Positions 60,025-64,000 of a DNA stretch of 64,000 nucleotides are shown one piece after another. Location: contig CAWIIB010000001.1 of NCBI GenBank assembly GCA_963836075.1, positions 2,016,001-2,080,000 on the forward strand. The letters are read 5' to 3'. A program made the translations under genes and the position numbers. The DNA is from an uncultured Acidobacteriota bacterium. Lineage in GTDB: Bacteria > Acidobacteriota > JAQAZP01. Under the pieces are notes generated by a model. It was not told the origin of the DNA. It made no database searches and saw only the letters and a list, made by a program, of their open reading frames with translations. Within the stretch, counting starts at the first letter, position 1; each line of letters starts with the position of its first letter.

Positions 60025-60306
60025 ATGAAACTGAGCCGGGAAAAAATCAATCTCCTCTCCAGCCAGATCGTCGATGACATGGCCGGACAGGGGGACATTA
60101 TCTTCAAGTATCCCCGCAACGAGATCCGCCTGCAGGTGGTGGAGATCCTTCGCGCCGAAATGCTCCGGGAAGAGCAGATCGAGGACACGGCCCGCCAGCG
60201 GCTCACCTCACTGGCCCGGGACATCCCCGAGGGCAGCGAGGAGTGGAACGTGCTCTACGACAAGGCCTACCGGGAAGAGTCCGAGAAACAGCGCAAGGTC
60301 AAATAG
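60025..60306 (+). CDS. DUF507 family protein (second type)
   Basis: MKLSREKIN.LS...EE.I...AR....S..R.IPEGS.EW.VLY.K.Y.EE. Confidence 0.8.
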   Translation: MKLSREKINLLSSQIVDDMAGQGDIIFKYPRNEIRLQVVEILRAEMLREEQIEDTARQRLTSLARDIPEGSEEWNVLYDKAYREESEKQRKVK

Positions 60307-60327
60307 CCCTCCCCCTCAGTTGAACTT

Positions 60328-61077
60328 CTAATCACCACCGATGATATCGCCCAATACGCTGGAAAGCCCTTTCCCCCGGCGGTGTTCACCTCTGCTGCCA
60401 CCGGCGGCGGCGGTGATCCGGTCGGCCAGCCTGGAGAAGGGCAGCGTCTGCAGGTACACCGTTCCCGGTCCGGTGAGGTGGGCGAAGAAGAGCCCCTCCC
60501 CGCCGAAGAGGGATGTCTTGATCCCGCCGACCATCTTGATGTCATAGTCCACCGTCTGGTCGAAGGCCACCAGACAACCGGTGTCCACCTTCAGTTTCTG
60601 ACCGGCGGCCAGTTCGATCTTGGTCAGCGTGCCCCCGGCGTGGATGAACAAATCCCCGCTGCCCTGCAGTTTCTGCAGGATGAACCCTTCACCGCCGAAG
60701 AAACCGGCGCCGAGGCGCTTGGTGAAGGCCACGTTGATATCGATGTCACCCGCGGAACAGAGGTAGGCATCTTTCTGGCAGAGCAACGCCTCGTCGTTGA
60801 GGCGCCGGGCGAGGATCTTTCCCGGGTACGGGGCGCTGAAGGCCGCCTGGCCCGAAGGCGCGTTGCAGTGGAAATGGGTGATGAAGAAACTCTCTCCGGC
60901 CAGGACCTTCCGCTTCAGGCCCCCGAGGATCCCGCCATCCATTTTGGCATCCATCTCGATCCCCTCGGTCATGTACATCAGGGCGCCGGCTTCCGCCCGA
61001 ATCACCTGGCCGCTGGTCATGTTGATCACCACGGCCTGCATGTCGTCCCCGATCAGGTGGTAGTTCAAATCGCTCAT
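60328..61077 (-). CDS. TIGR00266 / AIM24 family protein
   Basis: I.GDDMQ, AEAG..MYM, GESFF, APYPGKI, QKD.YLC, GFFGGEGFILQ, VDTGC, QTLPFSRLA. Confidence 0.9.
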   Translation of the reverse strand: MSDLNYHLIGDDMQAVVINMTSGQVIRAEAGALMYMTEGIEMDAKMDGGILGGLKRKVLAGESFFITHFHCNAPSGQAAFSAPYPGKILARRLNDEALLCQKDAYLCSAGDIDINVAFTKRLGAGFFGGEGFILQKLQGSGDLFIHAGGTLTKIELAAGQKLKVDTGCLVAFDQTVDYDIKMVGGIKTSLFGGEGLFFAHLTGPGTVYLQTLPFSRLADRITAAAGGSRGEHRRGKGLSSVLGDIIGGD

Positions 61078-61408
61078 GCCTCTCTCTCCATGAAAAGCCG
61101 ACCCGGCCCGCCAGCTCCAACGGCAACGGGTCCGCGGCCGGTAAGGTGTTCTTCGTCCCTCAGCAATCATCGGATAAAGCAGGGCCGAACTCAAGCACAG
61201 GCCCCCGGCTACACGGAGGATACGATTTCCGTTGCCGGGGAGTTCCCCAGGGAAACGTCAGAACCGGCTCGATACGCACACCTTATCGCGCCGTAAATGC
61301 CCGGTTGCTCAAGAAGCAGACCCACAGTGCCGAAAAGAGACGCAGCGAGAAAACCTTGTCCGCCCGGGCGGATGGGAAATGAGGACTCCAGGGGGAAGCG
61401 GGCGAGCA

Positions 61409-64000
61409 ATGGACCAGCACGACAGGACACCCGGACGTCAGTTCAGCAGAGAGGGCTTCAGGCAGCGAAAATCCGTGGCGCCGATTCTGGCGCTGTGCCT
61501 GTTGATGCTCATCGTCTTCGCGCCACTCTCCCCGGCCCAGGAAAGCAAGATCAAATTCAAGAGTATCTCTCTGGACGAAGGCCTGTCTCAGAGTACGGTG
61601 TTCTGTATCGCCCAGGACCACCGCGGATTCCTCTGGTTCGGCACCGAAGACGGTCTGAACCGCTACGATGGACACACCTTCCGGGTCTACAAGCGGGATC
61701 CGGAAGACCCCCGGAGCCTGGCCTTCGGTTACATCAAGGCACTCCATGAAGACCGGGCCGGCCGGTTGTGGATCGGGACCTTTGGCGGCGGCTTGAGCCG
61801 CTACGACCGGGCAACGGACCGGTTCATCCGCTACCAGTACAGAGAGGATGACCCGTCCAGCCTGAACAGCGACAGCGTCCAGGCGCTGTGCGAGGACCGC
61901 TCCGGGGCGCTGTGGATCGGCACCACCAGCGGGCTCAACCACTACAACCCGAAAACCGACACGATCTCCCGCTATGACCTCATCACCGCGGGCGGGACGG
62001 GCGAAAACCAGGTGAATGTCCTCTCCATTGCCGAAGACGCCCTGGGACGCCTCTGGGTCGGCACGGAGAATCAGGGGCTGTTCCGCTGTGACCGGCTGAA
62101 CGACGACGTGATCCGTTTTCAAACCGAGAGCAGCGGTGACGACCAGTCGGCCAACCGGATCAACACGCTGCTCACCGACACGTTTGGGGTTCTCTGGGTG
62201 GGCACCGGACACGGGTTGAGCCGCTACAACGAGAGAGCCGGCGTGCTGGAGCAGCTGAAGGGCAAAGGCGACAACCCGGACGCCCTGCTGGCCGACCAGG
62301 TGATCAACAAGATCTACGAGGACAGCTCGGGCAATATCTGGGTCGGCACCGACGCCCACGGCCTCAGCCGGTTCGACCGTGACCGCAACCACTTCGTCAC
62401 TCACCGGGCCCAGGCCAACGACCGGCTGAGCATCACCGACGACACGATTCACGACATCCTCGAGGACCGCTCGGGGGTGCTCTGGGTCGGCACCCACAAC
62501 GGGCTGAACAAGTTCGACGAGGAGAAGCAGTTCCTCGTCCACTACCGGCAGATCCCCGACGATTCCACCTCGCTGAGCAACAACTTCGTCCGCTCGTTCT
62601 GCGAAGACAGCCGGGGCGACTTCTGGGTCGCCACCTACGACGGGTTGAACCGCTTCGACCGGCAGACCGAACAGTTCACGCACTACTACCACGATCCCGC
62701 TGATCCCGACACCATCTCGCACAACAAGGTGATGTGTGTCTACGAGGACCACCTGGGCGCTCTCTGGATCGCCACCTACGGCGGGCTGGACCGCCGCGAC
62801 CCGGAGACCGGCGCCTTCAGCCACTACCGCCACCGCCGTGACAACCCGCACAGCCTGAGCAGCGACACGGTGCGCTCGGTCTACGAGGACAGCTTCGGCA
62901 CGGTCTGGGTGGGGACCCAGGGCGGGCTGAATCGCTTCGACCGGGAGAGCGGAGCCTTTGTCCGCTATTTCAGCGACCAGACCGACCCCTCGAGCATCTC
63001 CAGCGACTTCATCCTCACCATCCGCGAAGATGCCCACGGACTGCTCTGGGTGGGCACCCTGACCGGCCTCAACCTCTACGACCGGGACCACGACGAATTC
63101 ATTCGCTACTATTCCAACCCCGACGACCCCACCAGCCTGTCGAGCAGCGAAGTGCTCTCCGTCTACGAAGACACCGCGGGAGAACTCTGGTTCGGCACGT
63201 CCAGCGGCCTCAACCGCTACCGCCGCGAGTATGACGGGTTCGAATATTTCTCGGAGAAGGACGGGCTGCCCAACGACTGCATCTATGCCATCCTCGAGGA
63301 TGACGCCGGGCACATCTGGTTCAGCACCAACAAGGGGCTGTCCAAGTACGACCGCCGCACCGGGACGTTCCACAACTACGACGTCAGCGACGGGCTGCAG
63401 AGCCGGGAATTCAACCTCGGGTCGGCGTACAAACGGGAGAGCGGCGAGCTCTACTTCGGCGGCATCAACGGCTTCAACGCCTTTTTCCCCTCGAGAATCC
63501 AGCGCAACCGCCACCTCCCGCCGATGGTCATCACCGATTTCAAGATCTTCAACGAAACCGTGGCGGTGGGCCCGGATTCACCGCTGAAGACGAGCATCAG
63601 CGAGGCCACGGAGATCACCCTTGCCCCGGAAGACAGCGTCATTTCTTTCGAGTTTGTCGCCCTGCACTTCAGCGACCCGACCAAGAACCAGTACGCCTAC
63701 ATGATGGAGGGGATCGACAAGGAGTGGGTCGACCTGGGGACCCGGCGCTACGTGACCTACAACAGTATGCCCCACGGGAACTACACCTTCCGGGTAAAGG
63801 GATCGAACTGCGACGGCGTCTGGAACGAGGAGGGGACCTCGCTGGAGATCACCGTCCTGCCGCCGTTCTGGAAGACCAAGACCTTTACCGCCTTCAGCGG
63901 CACCATCCTGCTGTTCAGTATTCTCGGGATGGTGCAGTGGCGCACCCGCTCGATCCTCCGGCAAAAACGAATACTGGAAGGCCGCGTGGACCAGCGGACC
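61409..64000 (+). CDS. Propeller-type ligand-binding sensor (Reg_prop repeats + Y_Y_Y + TM); 3'-truncated, output domain outside the window
   Basis: Absent from the ORF track because there is no stop in the window. Translated by hand: signal peptide, DEGLSQSTV.CIAQD..GFLWFGTEDGLNRYDG, many ED..G.LW.GT repeats, QYAYMMEG..YTFRVKGSN, PPFW TM, LEGRVDQRT. Confidence 0.92.
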   Translation, partial: MDQHDRTPGRQFSREGFRQRKSVAPILALCLLMLIVFAPLSPAQESKIKFKSISLDEGLSQSTVFCIAQDHRGFLWFGTEDGLNRYDGHTFRVYKRDPEDPRSLAFGYIKALHEDRAGRLWIGTFGGGLSRYDRATDRFIRYQYREDDPSSLNSDSVQALCEDRSGALWIGTTSGLNHYNPKTDTISRYDLITAGGTGENQVNVLSIAEDALGRLWVGTENQGLFRCDRLNDDVIRFQTESSGDDQSANRINTLLTDTFGVLWVGTGHGLSRYNERAGVLEQLKGKGDNPDALLADQVINKIYEDSSGNIWVGTDAHGLSRFDRDRNHFVTHRAQANDRLSITDDTIHDILEDRSGVLWVGTHNGLNKFDEEKQFLVHYRQIPDDSTSLSNNFVRSFCEDSRGDFWVATYDGLNRFDRQTEQFTHYYHDPADPDTISHNKVMCVYEDHLGALWIATYGGLDRRDPETGAFSHYRHRRDNPHSLSSDTVRSVYEDSFGTVWVGTQGGLNRFDRESGAFVRYFSDQTDPSSISSDFILTIREDAHGLLWVGTLTGLNLYDRDHDEFIRYYSNPDDPTSLSSSEVLSVYEDTAGELWFGTSSGLNRYRREYDGFEYFSEKDGLPNDCIYAILEDDAGHIWFSTNKGLSKYDRRTGTFHNYDVSDGLQSREFNLGSAYKRESGELYFGGINGFNAFFPSRIQRNRHLPPMVITDFKIFNETVAVGPDSPLKTSISEATEITLAPEDSVISFEFVALHFSDPTKNQYAYMMEGIDKEWVDLGTRRYVTYNSMPHGNYTFRVKGSNCDGVWNEEGTSLEITVLPPFWKTKTFTAFSGTILLFSILGMVQWRTRSILRQKRILEGRVDQRT

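Noticed and set aside
61283-63514. 743-aa minus-strand ORF
   Set aside because: Antisense shadow of the plus-strand sensor gene starting at 61409.

Overview
GC-rich bacterial chromosomal window with no rRNA, tRNA, CRISPR array or mobile element that I can see. The lineage is probably Acidobacteriota-like, a weak inference from gene content such as the tandem DUF507 pair. It holds about 47 genes. The dominant feature is a set of large, predicted secreted proteins: two S8 subtilases, two C25 gingipain-like proteases, an M1 aminopeptidase, an M14 carboxypeptidase, a beta-helix protein and four FG-GAP/VCBS propeller proteins. Ten of these eleven end in one of two recurring C-terminal modules. Module A (~330 aa, always exactly six AYG..GVNV.CGD.DGDG.DEI.TG.GPG..FGPHVR repeats) occurs 7 times. 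Module B (~120 aa, signature RR.A.R...WR.G..N...DVTP.P[YW]NQPPY) occurs 3 times, two copies hidden from the ORF track by frameshifts. Two adjacent paralogs (51442-53856 and 53946-55769) share nearly the same body but carry A and B respectively, so the modules behave like interchangeable sorting, anchoring or docking tags (inference). Also present are an orphan STT3/PglB-type oligosaccharyltransferase transcribed divergently from two module-A genes, a candidate ~95-nt structured small RNA with its own promoter and U-tract, and a 3'-truncated propeller-type sensor gene missed by the ORF track. At least 12 single-base frameshifts suggest sequencing-consensus errors. All family calls come from motifs read by eye; no searches were run.
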